A DNA stretch of 64,000 bases from Geopsychrobacteraceae bacterium (GCA_963662315.1 OY759353.1:3712001-3776000); one strand, 5' to 3'; shown: positions 16,879-25,536, numbered from the stretch's first letter. Program-made: numbers and translations. The notes: generated by a model from the sequence alone, not told the origin.

Positions 16879-17339
16879 GCCACACTCACGATCGGCCACC
16901 ACTGCAGGATTTCATAATCGTCAAGGTCACGCGATGTCGGTCTTTCCGGATGGGGATCCAGGACAACGCTTCCGGTCCAAAAAACAGCATGGGTACCGTT
17001 TGAACTCTTCACGATCAGCATAGCCGGATCGGTACTCGGAAAAATAATACTGAGCGCAAACTTGGAAGGATTATTCCACTTTGCAGTCGTTGTCCTAGGA
17101 ATAAAGCTTTTCCCAATCAGGTAAGATCTTGACGCCAGGTACCCGGCAATCTCGCAAATTGTGAAACCTAGCCGCCCATCTTTCCCGACCGGCTTTCCTT
17201 CATGCCCGACCTGGATGAATACATCAGAGACCTCCTCCCCTGTGATCATGGCCGCTACGGCTGGCATACAGCTCCAGGGTGTCGGTTGCTCGATACGCTG
17301 ATTCGATTTTGACTTAAAAGGAAGAACGTCTCCCATCAT
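16875..17339 (-). CDS. C39-like (papain-fold) cysteine peptidase
   Basis: Q-x5-C (QPTPWSCMPAVAAM), HAV and LDP motifs give a Gln/Cys/His/Asp set in the expected order. Confidence 0.6.
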   Translation of the reverse strand: MMGDVLPFKSKSNQRIEQPTPWSCMPAVAAMITGEEVSDVFIQVGHEGKPVGKDGRLGFTICEIAGYLASRSYLIGKSFIPRTTTAKWNNPSKFALSIIFPSTDPAMLIVKSSNGTHAVFWTGSVVLDPHPERPTSRDLDDYEILQWWPIVSVA

Positions 17340-18427
17340 ACCCTCCCGAATACGGATTGATTCATTCTAGTGACAAGGTGTTCGGTTGAACTGTTGGTAA
17401 AGTGAGTATATTTCTTGGTTGTCGCCTGGTTCTTGTGGCCAAGGATATAACCGATCTCAGCCAAACTCGCCCCTTGCTCTCCAAGATAACTGGCCGCACT
17501 ATGGCGAAGGTCATGAAAACAGAAGTTTTCCAGGCGGGCTTTCTCCCGGGCCTGCTCCCAGGCATAACGAAAATCGATTGGTTGGTGAGCCTCCCGATCT
17601 GAAGGAAAACACCATGGATTGCCAGGTGTTCTATTGCGGTGAAGCTTGCGGAGTAATTTCAGGGCTTCACCGTGAAAGACCAAGGCCCGCGCTTCGTCGG
17701 TCTTGGTCTTCTCGATGTAATAGCGGCCGATTTCCACTGTACGGCCATCAATCTTCATGGTTCTATACAGGTCCATGGAATCCCAACGCATAAAGCGGAT
17801 CTCTGACAACCTGGCGCCGGTTGACAACCCAATAACAACAACGGGATAAATGAACCTGTTCTGGCTTGATCGGCAGGCAAAGAGAAGATGTTTTCTTTCA
17901 TCCGGACGTAGCCACCTGGTCCGCGCCTGTCCTTCCCGTAATCGTTCAACGGAAAGGACAGGATTCATCTCGACGCAGCGCCACTCCTTCACGCCTTTGG
18001 TGAAGATATGGGATAACGCTGCTAGGTAACGATTGATTGTTTTTGCCGATCGCGGCTGAAGTTTCTCTTTGGCCATGCTGATCATCGGTGAATTGATATC
18101 GATCAGGGGAGTTTTATCTCCGAGAAAGGATCTCCACCATTCAAGCTGTTGACGTTGCTGGCGTTGAGTGTGAGGTTTTTTCCATTGCATCACCTGGCGT
18201 TCATACTTGTCGATCAGCTCACCAATGGTCAAAACCTCTGACTGTCCGATCGGAGTCAGTCTGTTAAGGCAAAATTCCCTTTCCTTTTTATCAGCCCAGC
18301 GCTGAGCCTCTTTCTTTGTTCTCCTGGTAGCGGAAGCATATTGACCGTTACAACGGACCCTGATCCGGTACCTTTTCTTCCCTTCCTTCGTCATATCAAT
18401 CTTCAGTGCAGCCATATTGTCAGCCAA
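17336..18427 (-). CDS. Tyrosine recombinase (internal, Rci/HP1-like)
   Basis: TGARLSE, KT, FHDLRH, LGH, KKY catalytic motifs all present; ATG alternative at 18415. Confidence 0.92.
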   Translation of the reverse strand: MADNMAALKIDMTKEGKKRYRIRVRCNGQYASATRRTKKEAQRWADKKEREFCLNRLTPIGQSEVLTIGELIDKYERQVMQWKKPHTQRQQRQQLEWWRSFLGDKTPLIDINSPMISMAKEKLQPRSAKTINRYLAALSHIFTKGVKEWRCVEMNPVLSVERLREGQARTRWLRPDERKHLLFACRSSQNRFIYPVVVIGLSTGARLSEIRFMRWDSMDLYRTMKIDGRTVEIGRYYIEKTKTDEARALVFHGEALKLLRKLHRNRTPGNPWCFPSDREAHQPIDFRYAWEQAREKARLENFCFHDLRHSAASYLGEQGASLAEIGYILGHKNQATTKKYTHFTNSSTEHLVTRMNQSVFGRV

Positions 18428-18431
18428 TCCA

Positions 18432-18452
18432 GTGGAATATGTTGTGGAATAT
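18432..18452. repeat. Direct repeat GTGGAATAT x2 upstream of internal recombinase
   Basis: 18432-18440 and 18444-18452. Confidence 0.75.
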
Positions 18453-18471
18453 TTTAAGTCGTTTTTACAAA

Positions 18472-18753
18472 TCAGCCGATCATCATCCGGCCGGATCTCT
18501 CGGCCTGCTTTATCATCGTATCGATCACAGCTTGTTTGAAGCTGGCGTCGACATTGATCTTCTCAAGTTTTGCTCCGTACCTATATTCGTTGATTTCATC
18601 AAGAGCCCGATCAAACTCAATCCCGAGCTTATCGACATCGAGATAAGGTTCATGGATAACAGGTCCAGTGGCAGCTTTGACCTGAGCGTTCTCAACCATT
18701 AGTGCGATGATCAAAAAACGAAGTTTGTCATGTGTAACTCTGCGTGTCTTCAT
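18472..18753 (-). CDS. Hypothetical phage protein
   Basis: 93 aa ORF with RBS (GAGGTAAGGA) in the early operon. Confidence 0.6.
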   Translation of the reverse strand: MKTRRVTHDKLRFLIIALMVENAQVKAATGPVIHEPYLDVDKLGIEFDRALDEINEYRYGAKLEKINVDASFKQAVIDTMIKQAERSGRMMIG

Positions 18754-18811
18754 GTTCTATTCCTTACCTCAATGACCTACTAAGTCTCACTTAGTTGCTA
18801 TACGGTTTGCT

Positions 18812-19306
18812 TCATTTCCTTGAGGCAGTGGTTATATCCGGCTTCGTATTCAGCGTCCATGACGCCGCGCATAGCTTCCGCATCCTGTCGAGATTTGGCG
18901 GCCAAGTGTAATTTTTTAGCGCAGACCCGGACGCCTTCAGCACTACGTCAAGGTTGTCATCGATATTTCTGCAACTTCTTGGCGCCTGCTCTAATTGTTC
19001 CTTGTAACATCCGGCGCAAATATCAGTGGTGTCCTTGCCACCCGGGACGAACAAGCAATGGCATCGTTTGCATTCAACTGCGAAGCTATCGCGCCTAAGA
19101 GCTTCAATTTTCTCTTGCGCATGCTTTAGTTCGGCTTCTTGTTTGGCGTAGTGATATCTGAGATAGGCAATTTCAAACGCCATGTCTTCAGCATCACCGC
19201 TAAACTCTGTCATTTCTTCGTCACAATCTGATACATCTACATTTTCAAACGAGGTTGAATGCTTCAGATAAATATCTCTATCAAAATCAAGCGGGTTCCA
19301 TGCCAT
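18812..19306 (-). CDS. Hypothetical phage protein with CxxC...CxxC; possible frameshift near 3' end
   Basis: RBS AAGGAG; coiled coil, CKRC and CAGC. Confidence 0.6.
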   Translation of the reverse strand: MAWNPLDFDRDIYLKHSTSFENVDVSDCDEEMTEFSGDAEDMAFEIAYLRYHYAKQEAELKHAQEKIEALRRDSFAVECKRCHCLFVPGGKDTTDICAGCYKEQLEQAPRSCRNIDDNLDVVLKASGSALKNYTWPPNLDRMRKLCAASWTLNTKPDITTASRK

Positions 19307-19363
19307 ATCTAATCTCCTTTTTCACACCAACTAACTATTCCGAAGCTGTTAACCTCTAATCAT

Positions 19364-19705
19364 TCAGTTCAAAATCTTTGAGCGCTGATAGTCGACGGTT
19401 TCCATCCCTGCAGCTGCAGCGGCCGCTTCAATGTGTTTCCATTCCGTTGCTGTCCAGCGGATCTGCTTCTTGATATCCCTCGACTCTTTGACTAACTTGC
19501 GGCGAACCTTGTTACCTGATCCGGATCGAGCTCCGCCATGCTTAATTTCCACTGCTGAGGCAGGGATGCTGTCTGGAACCGGAGAACCTGCTTCCTTGCA
19601 ACGAGCAAAGGCAATAGCACTGTCGAAATCTTTAGCAAGGACATCGACAGTCACCGGCCCATGGTTGAATTGAAATGTCACTGCGTGTTTTTTCATGTCA
19701 GCCAA
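19364..19705 (-). CDS. Small putative DNA-binding protein
   Basis: HGGARSGSG motif followed by ribbon-helix-helix-like C-terminus. Confidence 0.55.
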   Translation of the reverse strand: MADMKKHAVTFQFNHGPVTVDVLAKDFDSAIAFARCKEAGSPVPDSIPASAVEIKHGGARSGSGNKVRRKLVKESRDIKKQIRWTATEWKHIEAAAAAAGMETVDYQRSKILN

Positions 19706-19731
19706 TCTTTCAAGTTTTTACTGTTTTTGTT

Positions 19732-20544
19732 TTATACTCGTTTCCTGGACTCCTTCATCAGCTCCCGTTTTCGTATGGAGAGATTGACCAGGTTCTTTGC
19801 TGCAGGCCTCAGTTCTTCCGGTACATACCTGATACCAAACTTATTCATCACGGCATTTTCTGCCATGGTGATCAGCTCAAGGTTCTCGATCGAGCAGTTC
19901 AGCTTATCTCCATCGATAAAGGTCAGGACCGTTCCTTCTGGGATTTGTCCATGCTCCTGCTCCCAGATATGATGGTGTTTCAATTTGTACCTGGTAGGGA
20001 AACCGGTATAAGGATCCTCTTCAGCAACCTTGATCAGGACATAGCCGTCCTTTGAATCAATCCGTTCCGTTCCGATCGGCTTAATGTTTGCCGGGACATT
20101 CCCTTTCTTAAAGTTGCCACTATTCGGTTTAACCAGTCCCTTCGTTCCTGTGTTCCAAGGCTTTTCACCTTTTTTGAAATATCCAGTCCGGCCAGAAAGA
20201 ATTTTATGGTTTCCGCAATAGGTTTTCAGTTGTCCACTTGTCAGAGATAAACCATAAATCTCGTTCATCTCCTCGGCGATCTCAATCAAGGATCTTTCCT
20301 TGTAAGCCTCCCTGAGATATTGGTCTTGATCTTTGGTGAGTAGTTTATTTTTCCCCTTATTAAGCTCGCCCGTTGTGCGGCCGCTCTTGAATTTATGGTT
20401 TTTGATACAGGCCCTGATCTCCTGATCAGTCTTTCCAAAACCAAACTTTTTATTGAAAACATGAGTCAGATCTGAAATCCCCATAACCCTATACCCAAGT
20501 TCAAGGAATTTCAGATGATGTTCTGTGTAGATGAATCTATCCAT
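19732..20544 (-). CDS. HNH endonuclease-domain phage protein
   Basis: PIGTERIDSKDGY, KHHHIWEQEHG, FIDGDKLNCSIENLELIT; start moved to ATG 20544. Confidence 0.85.
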   Translation of the reverse strand: MDRFIYTEHHLKFLELGYRVMGISDLTHVFNKKFGFGKTDQEIRACIKNHKFKSGRTTGELNKGKNKLLTKDQDQYLREAYKERSLIEIAEEMNEIYGLSLTSGQLKTYCGNHKILSGRTGYFKKGEKPWNTGTKGLVKPNSGNFKKGNVPANIKPIGTERIDSKDGYVLIKVAEEDPYTGFPTRYKLKHHHIWEQEHGQIPEGTVLTFIDGDKLNCSIENLELITMAENAVMNKFGIRYVPEELRPAAKNLVNLSIRKRELMKESRKRV

Positions 20545-20791
20545 CACTCTTATCCTCGATCTGGAGAAAACCATTACCACCCCGGCATAAACCATATTCC
20601 TGTTGGGCAGTGATCGCTTTGAGCTGCAGCTGGCCAACCTGGATAATGTCCTTAGCTATTTTTGAAACAGCATCGGCCCGTTGTAGCTCTTCCTTCAAAG
20701 CATCTCCGGTTATTTTGTCCTCGCCTTCAAGGTTCAATCGCTCCAGCTGGGCGAACAGGTGATCATTAAGATCGCCAATCTTGTTTTTCAT
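20537..20791 (-). CDS. Conserved phage protein typically upstream of this HNH type
   Basis: MKNKIGDLNDHLFAQLERL...EELQRADAVSKIA. Confidence 0.75.
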   Translation of the reverse strand: MKNKIGDLNDHLFAQLERLNLEGEDKITGDALKEELQRADAVSKIAKDIIQVGQLQLKAITAQQEYGLCRGGNGFLQIEDKSDG

Positions 20792-21009
20792 GCGACAGCC
20801 TCCTCCTTAACCAGCTCAAGCTCATTCGTCCAGGCCATCAGCTCAACAATATGCTGATACTCTTCATCTATCGGCTTCAGCAGGTAGAAGGCCGGATCCT
20901 TCATCATGATGTGAGTCCAGATTTTGCAGCGAGTTCCAGCCTTAACCTTCTCGCCGTTATATGCCTCGATCTCTTCTGTCGTTTTGACGATGTCACCCTT
21001 TTGAAACAT
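20788..21009 (-). CDS. Hypothetical phage protein
   Basis: Start at ATG 21009 (RBS AAGGAG): MFQKGDIVKT. Confidence 0.6.
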   Translation of the reverse strand: MFQKGDIVKTTEEIEAYNGEKVKAGTRCKIWTHIMMKDPAFYLLKPIDEEYQHIVELMAWTNELELVKEEAVA

Positions 21010-21175
21010 TGCTGATCTCCTTTTTGTTGTGGCCAGGGAACCTGGCATTGATAAGTTTGGCGAACAGATCAAACAAAATATCTGTGCCCTCGTATTGGTG
21101 AGGTTCGGCAGCGACTCCCTGGGAGTAAAGGCTGGCTTCCATCTGGATCCGCTCCGAGGCCTCACGTTGGTTCAT
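20993..21175 (-). CDS. Hypothetical phage protein
   Basis: 60 aa, ATGA-coupled to upstream gene. Confidence 0.5.
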   Translation of the reverse strand: MNQREASERIQMEASLYSQGVAAEPHQYEGTDILFDLFAKLINARFPGHNKKEISNVSKG

Positions 21176-21612
21176 TGATTGTCAGACCTTGATCGTAGAA
21201 TTGCGAGAACCTCCCTCATATCGACACAGATATGATCAAGCATTTTCACCATCAACTCTGGCTCACCAGGATGAAGTAAAAGGATGGTTTTCTTTCCAGC
21301 TCCTGAAGCCCAACCCATTTCAAGCGATGCCGATCTTCCGAAAGGCTGAACTCCAATGAACACATCAGCCCAGGTCATGGCATCAAAGTCTGATTTAAAT
21401 CCATCCTGAGCAACTGGATGGTTTAGTCCATTCCGATACTGTTCTGTTGACCAGCCTTCCCACTCTTGATCTATCTCTGACCAGTGAAATCCGTTATTTC
21501 CTTCTTCTGGATTTCTGAAGTCATAGCATTCATGGCCTGCACGTCTAAGAATTTCAACGATTTCTGGCTGGAAAGGATTTCTCCAGCTACTTGCTACGTA
21601 AATTTTCGACAT
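21172..21612 (-). CDS. Nucleoside 2-deoxyribosyltransferase-like protein
   Basis: KIYVASSW, FKSDFDAMTWAD, GRSASLEMGWA.GAGK; start moved to ATG 21612. Confidence 0.7.
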   Translation of the reverse strand: MSKIYVASSWRNPFQPEIVEILRRAGHECYDFRNPEEGNNGFHWSEIDQEWEGWSTEQYRNGLNHPVAQDGFKSDFDAMTWADVFIGVQPFGRSASLEMGWASGAGKKTILLLHPGEPELMVKMLDHICVDMREVLAILRSRSDNQ

Positions 21613-21850
21613 AGTTTTCCTCTCCTGAAATTTCATGAACTGTCGCAACACAAAGAACGTATTCAGAACTGCTTTGGCATTTCTCGCAGTCGGAGACAAA
21701 TGTCTTATTTATTCCGTTAGCGCACTGAAGAGCCAAAAGCTCCTCGCCAAAAATATAGACATCGTCTGGTCCAGCTACACGAACCTCAAAACGCGCGCGC
21801 GAGGCAACAGAGGGAGAAGAGCCATTTTCCGACCTGGTTAAAACAGACAT
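21587..21850 (-). CDS. Hypothetical phage protein
   Basis: 87 aa, RBS GAAGGAG, fits operon packing. Confidence 0.5.
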   Translation of the reverse strand: MSVLTRSENGSSPSVASRARFEVRVAGPDDVYIFGEELLALQCANGINKTFVSDCEKCQSSSEYVLCVATVHEISGEENYVENLRSK

Positions 21851-22059
21851 GCGTTGTCTCCTTCAGTAACTTTTACGGTTGGAGGAAGAGGCAAAAGTTT
21901 TTCATCAACCTGAAACCGACGCTCTTTCACTCCCTTCAATCCGATCAACGACTTAAACTTCTCCCGCTGATCCATCCGATACGGTCCATAAGTCAGGCCA
22001 TCCACAATGATTTCAAAGGCTTCTACGAATTTCACTGCCATCTGTTTCCCCCTTTCCAC
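21838..22059 (-). CDS. Hypothetical phage protein
   Basis: Short ORF in operon; likely start at internal MAVKF. Confidence 0.5.
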   Translation of the reverse strand: MERGKQMAVKFVEAFEIIVDGLTYGPYRMDQREKFKSLIGLKGVKERRFQVDEKLLPLPPTVKVTEGDNACLF

Positions 22060-22109
22060 TTATAATTATTTTTCATAAGGTGTTGCCTATCTTTTCAAAG
22101 ACTTAAGGT

Positions 22110-22418
22110 TTATTTTTTCCAATTTTTTTCCAGTTTGTTTCCGCAACATCCAGGGCAAAAAAAATCACGACTTAACACCTGCCGGGCATGAGCTAAAATG
22201 TCGTCCAGGTTGTCCAGGTTGCCATTGTGATCTGACACGCAGATGTCGATCGACCGGCAGCAGCCAATGAAAACAACATGGACAAAACCGAAGGGATAGT
22301 TCATCCGTCTCAACTCAATCCCATCAATGCCAAGCTCAGCCAAAACATCATTAAGCCCTGAAACCAACGCTTCATTTTCCCGTTCGTTGTCCAGGATCTG
22401 CACCCGATCACTCACCAT
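22110..22418 (-). CDS. Hypothetical phage protein
   Basis: 102 aa, overlaps upstream gene end. Confidence 0.5.
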   Translation of the reverse strand: MVSDRVQILDNERENEALVSGLNDVLAELGIDGIELRRMNYPFGFVHVVFIGCCRSIDICVSDHNGNLDNLDDILAHARQVLSRDFFCPGCCGNKLEKNWKK

Positions 22419-22833
22419 CTTGAACCCCTTTCATTCGCTCGTATCTCCGGGCCGCCTGCGCGTACTCGGCATTTCCATATTTCTCGCTGAGCTGATAAAG
22501 ACGTGTGGACGCTTGACCTGGTGTAATCTCTCCCTGGATAACTCCCTGGATAATTTTCAGGGCTTCAGCCCCGGATTCACCCGTGTCCAAACTCTTTTCA
22601 GCTTCAAATTCGGCGTACATCATCCCGGTCCAATACCGGGTTTGCTCCAGGACATAATCTGCAGACGGAAGCCGACGACAGTTTTTAAGGCAGATACCAA
22701 GAGCACGTTCAAAGCACTCAACTGGATAAGTCAACAGCTCGGCCCAGATCGGATTCAGATCCCGTCCCAGGTACCCGGTATTGAATTTCTGCGCCAGGGT
22801 GCGAAACCCTGCCTCGGCTTCCTGACTCGTCAT
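22408..22833 (-). CDS. Putative replication accessory protein (helicase loader/inhibitor-like)
   Basis: ATGA-coupled to replication gene; W-x-ELL...RRLPSADYV pattern; call is mostly positional. Confidence 0.45.
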   Translation of the reverse strand: MTSQEAEAGFRTLAQKFNTGYLGRDLNPIWAELLTYPVECFERALGICLKNCRRLPSADYVLEQTRYWTGMMYAEFEAEKSLDTGESGAEALKIIQGVIQGEITPGQASTRLYQLSEKYGNAEYAQAARRYERMKGVQDGE

Positions 22834-23285
22834 GATCCAGCCCGACGCCTTTCTCGTTTTTGTTGGACCCACTCTTTAAAGGCCGCTTCCTTGTGAGTCG
22901 CGATACCAACTGCTGGAATATGCCCAGCCTCAAGCCTCTTGATATCCGGAGCCCAACCACACCGTTTGAAATAACTGGCCAGTTTTGAAAAGAACTTCTT
23001 CAGACGCTTTGATGCCTTATAAAGTGTCACCTGACAGATGAAAGCACCTGATCGCTTATCCCGCTTATGCCTGGTTACCGTGTCAATCAGTCCCTGCTCC
23101 CGAAGTATCCTGAGGTTATAGTTCAGCGTCGATCTGGCGATCTTGATGCCGTACCACTTGTCAAGATGCTCAAGGATCCACTTCTGGCTCATGAGGGTCC
23201 ATGGCTTGCGTGTTTTGCAGAAGTAACCGTGTACCAGCTGCATGATCGCCATTGAGGTCTTGTTTGGGCGGAAAACCGCATCCAT
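22830..23285 (-). CDS. Winged-helix replication initiator-like protein
   Basis: SQKWILEHL...IARSTLNYNLRILREQGLI...TLY; adjacent to DnaA-box region. Confidence 0.6.
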   Translation of the reverse strand: MDAVFRPNKTSMAIMQLVHGYFCKTRKPWTLMSQKWILEHLDKWYGIKIARSTLNYNLRILREQGLIDTVTRHKRDKRSGAFICQVTLYKASKRLKKFFSKLASYFKRCGWAPDIKRLEAGHIPAVGIATHKEAAFKEWVQQKRERRRAGS

Positions 23286-23291
23286 TAGCAA

Positions 23292-23681
23292 AGCTCCTGA
23301 GTTGCCCCGGCGGAGACGAAATCATCTATCCCTCTATTTGCCAGGTTTTGATTGTTTGAATTGCTTTTCTATTCGTTCCGGTTCATGCCAGGGGCGTGAC
23401 ACCGGGTTTATTGGTGGCGCGATTCCTGGCGTTTTTCCGGAACGCACCTATTAAGGTTTTCCACAAGCGATCGGGCGTGCTTATCTGCCCGGCGCTTGGA
23501 TACTTATCTTTGGAGTAATGATCTATGTCCAAAAAGTTGGACACGGTAAAAGACGGATAACAGGGTGAGTTATCCACAGGTAAAATTCAGGCATGGTGAT
23601 CATGACAAAACTCCACGAAAAGCCTGAATTGCGAGCATCAGCATGGCCACCTTAACCAGGTTGAAAGCGATGATATCGAGC
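23292..23681. promoter_or_regulatory. Putative replication origin region
   Basis: About 390 bp without a convincing gene; perfect DnaA box TTATCCACA 23570-23578 and one-mismatch TTTTCCACA 23457-23465. Confidence 0.5.
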
Positions 23682-23960
23682 TTATTGTTTTTCACGTTTG
23701 ACACCCTCCCTGTAGACTGGTCTCGGCCGTTTCAGTGGTTCTGCATCCTTTGGATAGTGCTTACAGCGTCCACATCCTGCCGGCATGATGATTGAATTTG
23801 TATTGAACCCCTTATGGCCTTTGCGGTAACTCGCACACGCTGGAGCGGAAATACGGGCTTCATGAGCAGGGCAATAGAAAGTGTTCTCCTGGATCCACTG
23901 AACCAGGTCTTCTTCTTTCCCTGGGCGAACCTGTTGCTGAACATGCGTTGGCGAACTCAT
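23682..23960 (-). CDS. Hypothetical Cys-containing phage protein
   Basis: 92 aa, CPAH/CGRC, coupled to upstream gene. Confidence 0.55.
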   Translation of the reverse strand: MSSPTHVQQQVRPGKEEDLVQWIQENTFYCPAHEARISAPACASYRKGHKGFNTNSIIMPAGCGRCKHYPKDAEPLKRPRPVYREGVKREKQ

Positions 23961-24184
23961 CGGCGCCCCCTTATCTTCCGGCTTCCTGGCCAGACACCGT
24001 TCTCATGGAAGTCTCTCGCCTCATCACGTACCCGAACCCGTTCCAATGGCGTTGGTTCACGCTTCGGATCAAACGCTTGCAAAGGAGGGACGGCTGATTC
24101 CAGGTCAAATTTTTCCAAAAGTTTCTCGAGGAGCTGGTTCGTTCGTCGTTGCTCCTGAAGCAGTTCTTGTTGCTCAGTCATCAC
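23957..24184 (-). CDS. Hypothetical phage protein
   Basis: 75 aa in operon. Confidence 0.55.
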   Translation of the reverse strand: MMTEQQELLQEQRRTNQLLEKLLEKFDLESAVPPLQAFDPKREPTPLERVRVRDEARDFHENGVWPGSRKIRGRR

Positions 24185-24560
24185 TTACTCCCGCTGCAAA
24201 GTTTTTGAACACGTTCAGGACCAGGCGGTTATCTGTCTTCGCTTCTGCCAGATCCTGTTTCAGCCTGTTTATTTCAGCCCTCAGGTCAGAGATTTCGCGC
24301 AATGAGCCATAGCCCATTTTCAGTAACAGCCACTGGAGAGGGATCTCGTTACCGCAGATCTCCATAAAGAGAATGAGTTTTTCGGTTGGAAAATGCCGGG
24401 AGTCGTCGCCAGCGCTGAGCATTTTTGATAAATGGCTGGCCTCGACGTCCAGGTGGAAGGCAACCTCCTTGAGCTGCTTGCCGCTCATCATCTGGCAGGC
24501 CCGCAAAGCAGCTCGGAAGTCTGGGATCTCGTTGAGGATCGATTCGGAGACGAGTGTCAT
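24174..24560 (-). CDS. CII-like phage regulatory protein
   Basis: KQLKEVAFHLDVEASHLSKML HTH, FMEICGNEIPLQWL, C-terminal coiled coil. Confidence 0.7.
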   Translation of the reverse strand: MTLVSESILNEIPDFRAALRACQMMSGKQLKEVAFHLDVEASHLSKMLSAGDDSRHFPTEKLILFMEICGNEIPLQWLLLKMGYGSLREISDLRAEINRLKQDLAEAKTDNRLVLNVFKNFAAGVSDD

Positions 24561-24811
24561 ACTGTCCCCTCAAATAAATAAAGATGGAGATTCCCTGAAA
24601 GTTCATGCAAACATACTTTTACTTTTTCGACTTGGAATTCTTCATCTCTAATTTTTTTTAGAAATTCATCCTTGCTGACAATCAAAAAGCATCCAAAAAC
24701 CTGCACATTGATATGTTTAGATCTCTTGGAAATATTTTCTATTAGATCCTTATGTAACTCACTCCCAACCCAGGTCCTGATAAACTCATCTTTTCTTTGA
24801 AATTTAAGCAT
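24557..24811 (-). CDS. Hypothetical phage protein
   Basis: Start at ATG 24811; AT-rich ORF coupled to neighbours. Confidence 0.5.
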   Translation of the reverse strand: MLKFQRKDEFIRTWVGSELHKDLIENISKRSKHINVQVFGCFLIVSKDEFLKKIRDEEFQVEKVKVCLHELSGNLHLYLFEGTV

Positions 24812-25025
24812 CCCATCCCCCTTCAAAGTCGGACATGAACAGCTCTTGCTCTTCATCAGTCATGGGCCCCATCTCTCTCAGATCATCAAAGGTGCGATCA
24901 AACATTTCCTTTCCGCACCGTTCACAGAAATAAAGTGCACAGCCCGGCATAATTGCCGAAGCTGGATACCTGTGGCCCTTGAACTTGCAGATCAGTCGCT
25001 TTAAAAATTGCTTCATCAATCGCAT
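24804..25025 (-). CDS. Small prophage protein (DUF1660-like C...GH...CxRC)
   Basis: LICKFKGH...CERCGK; RBS GGAGGT before ATG 25025. Confidence 0.6.
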   Translation of the reverse strand: MRLMKQFLKRLICKFKGHRYPASAIMPGCALYFCERCGKEMFDRTFDDLREMGPMTDEEQELFMSDFEGGWDA

Positions 25026-25047
25026 ATCAAACCTCCACCTAAGCTCG

Positions 25048-25302
25048 TCATGCGTTGTGACTATGGGAGACCTTGCGGTCTGCGTTATCGTCATCTTGTG
25101 GCCAGTAACCGTCTTCAATCAAAGCCTGGCGAATGGCTTCTCCGACCAATGGTCTTGGACCTCTTCTGCCGCCTGCAGCCCGTTCTCCGTTGATCACCGC
25201 GGCTACGGTGCGACGGCTGAAATTCTTCTTTTTTGACCATTCCTTGACCGTGTCGCCGCGTCTTCGGAAATTGGCCATAACCTCATTCGTAATGTTTTCC
25301 AT
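25048..25302 (-). CDS. Cro/Ner-like DNA-binding protein (BcepMu gp16-like)
   Basis: FRRRGDTVKEWSKKKNFSRRTVAAVING; first gene divergent from repressor. Confidence 0.7.
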   Translation of the reverse strand: MENITNEVMANFRRRGDTVKEWSKKKNFSRRTVAAVINGERAAGGRRGPRPLVGEAIRQALIEDGYWPQDDDNADRKVSHSHNA

Positions 25303-25491
25303 TGCGACAGCCTTTGTTCCTTGGTATTAAAAGTGTGTAACTGTAGACACGATAGATTGATAAGTGTCGGAAGCGACGGGGTTCTAACGTTCGAATGTTG
25401 ACTCTTGCCAGCGAATCTGGCGGCCATATTGACCTGAAGAGTTTGATTGCCTTGGAACCTCGAGCATAAAAATTTCCCGTCCGCCTCCGAC

Positions 25492-25536
25492 TGTGTAACT
25501 GTATTCACATATAATCGCATGTGCGATTTTTGTCAA
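25492..25536. promoter_or_regulatory. Lysis/lysogeny switch: overlapping promoters and operator
   Basis: Minus strand TTGACA(25536-25531)-17 nt-TATATG; plus strand TATAAT 25510-25515; palindrome AATCGCA-TG-TGCGATT 25513-25528. Confidence 0.7.
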
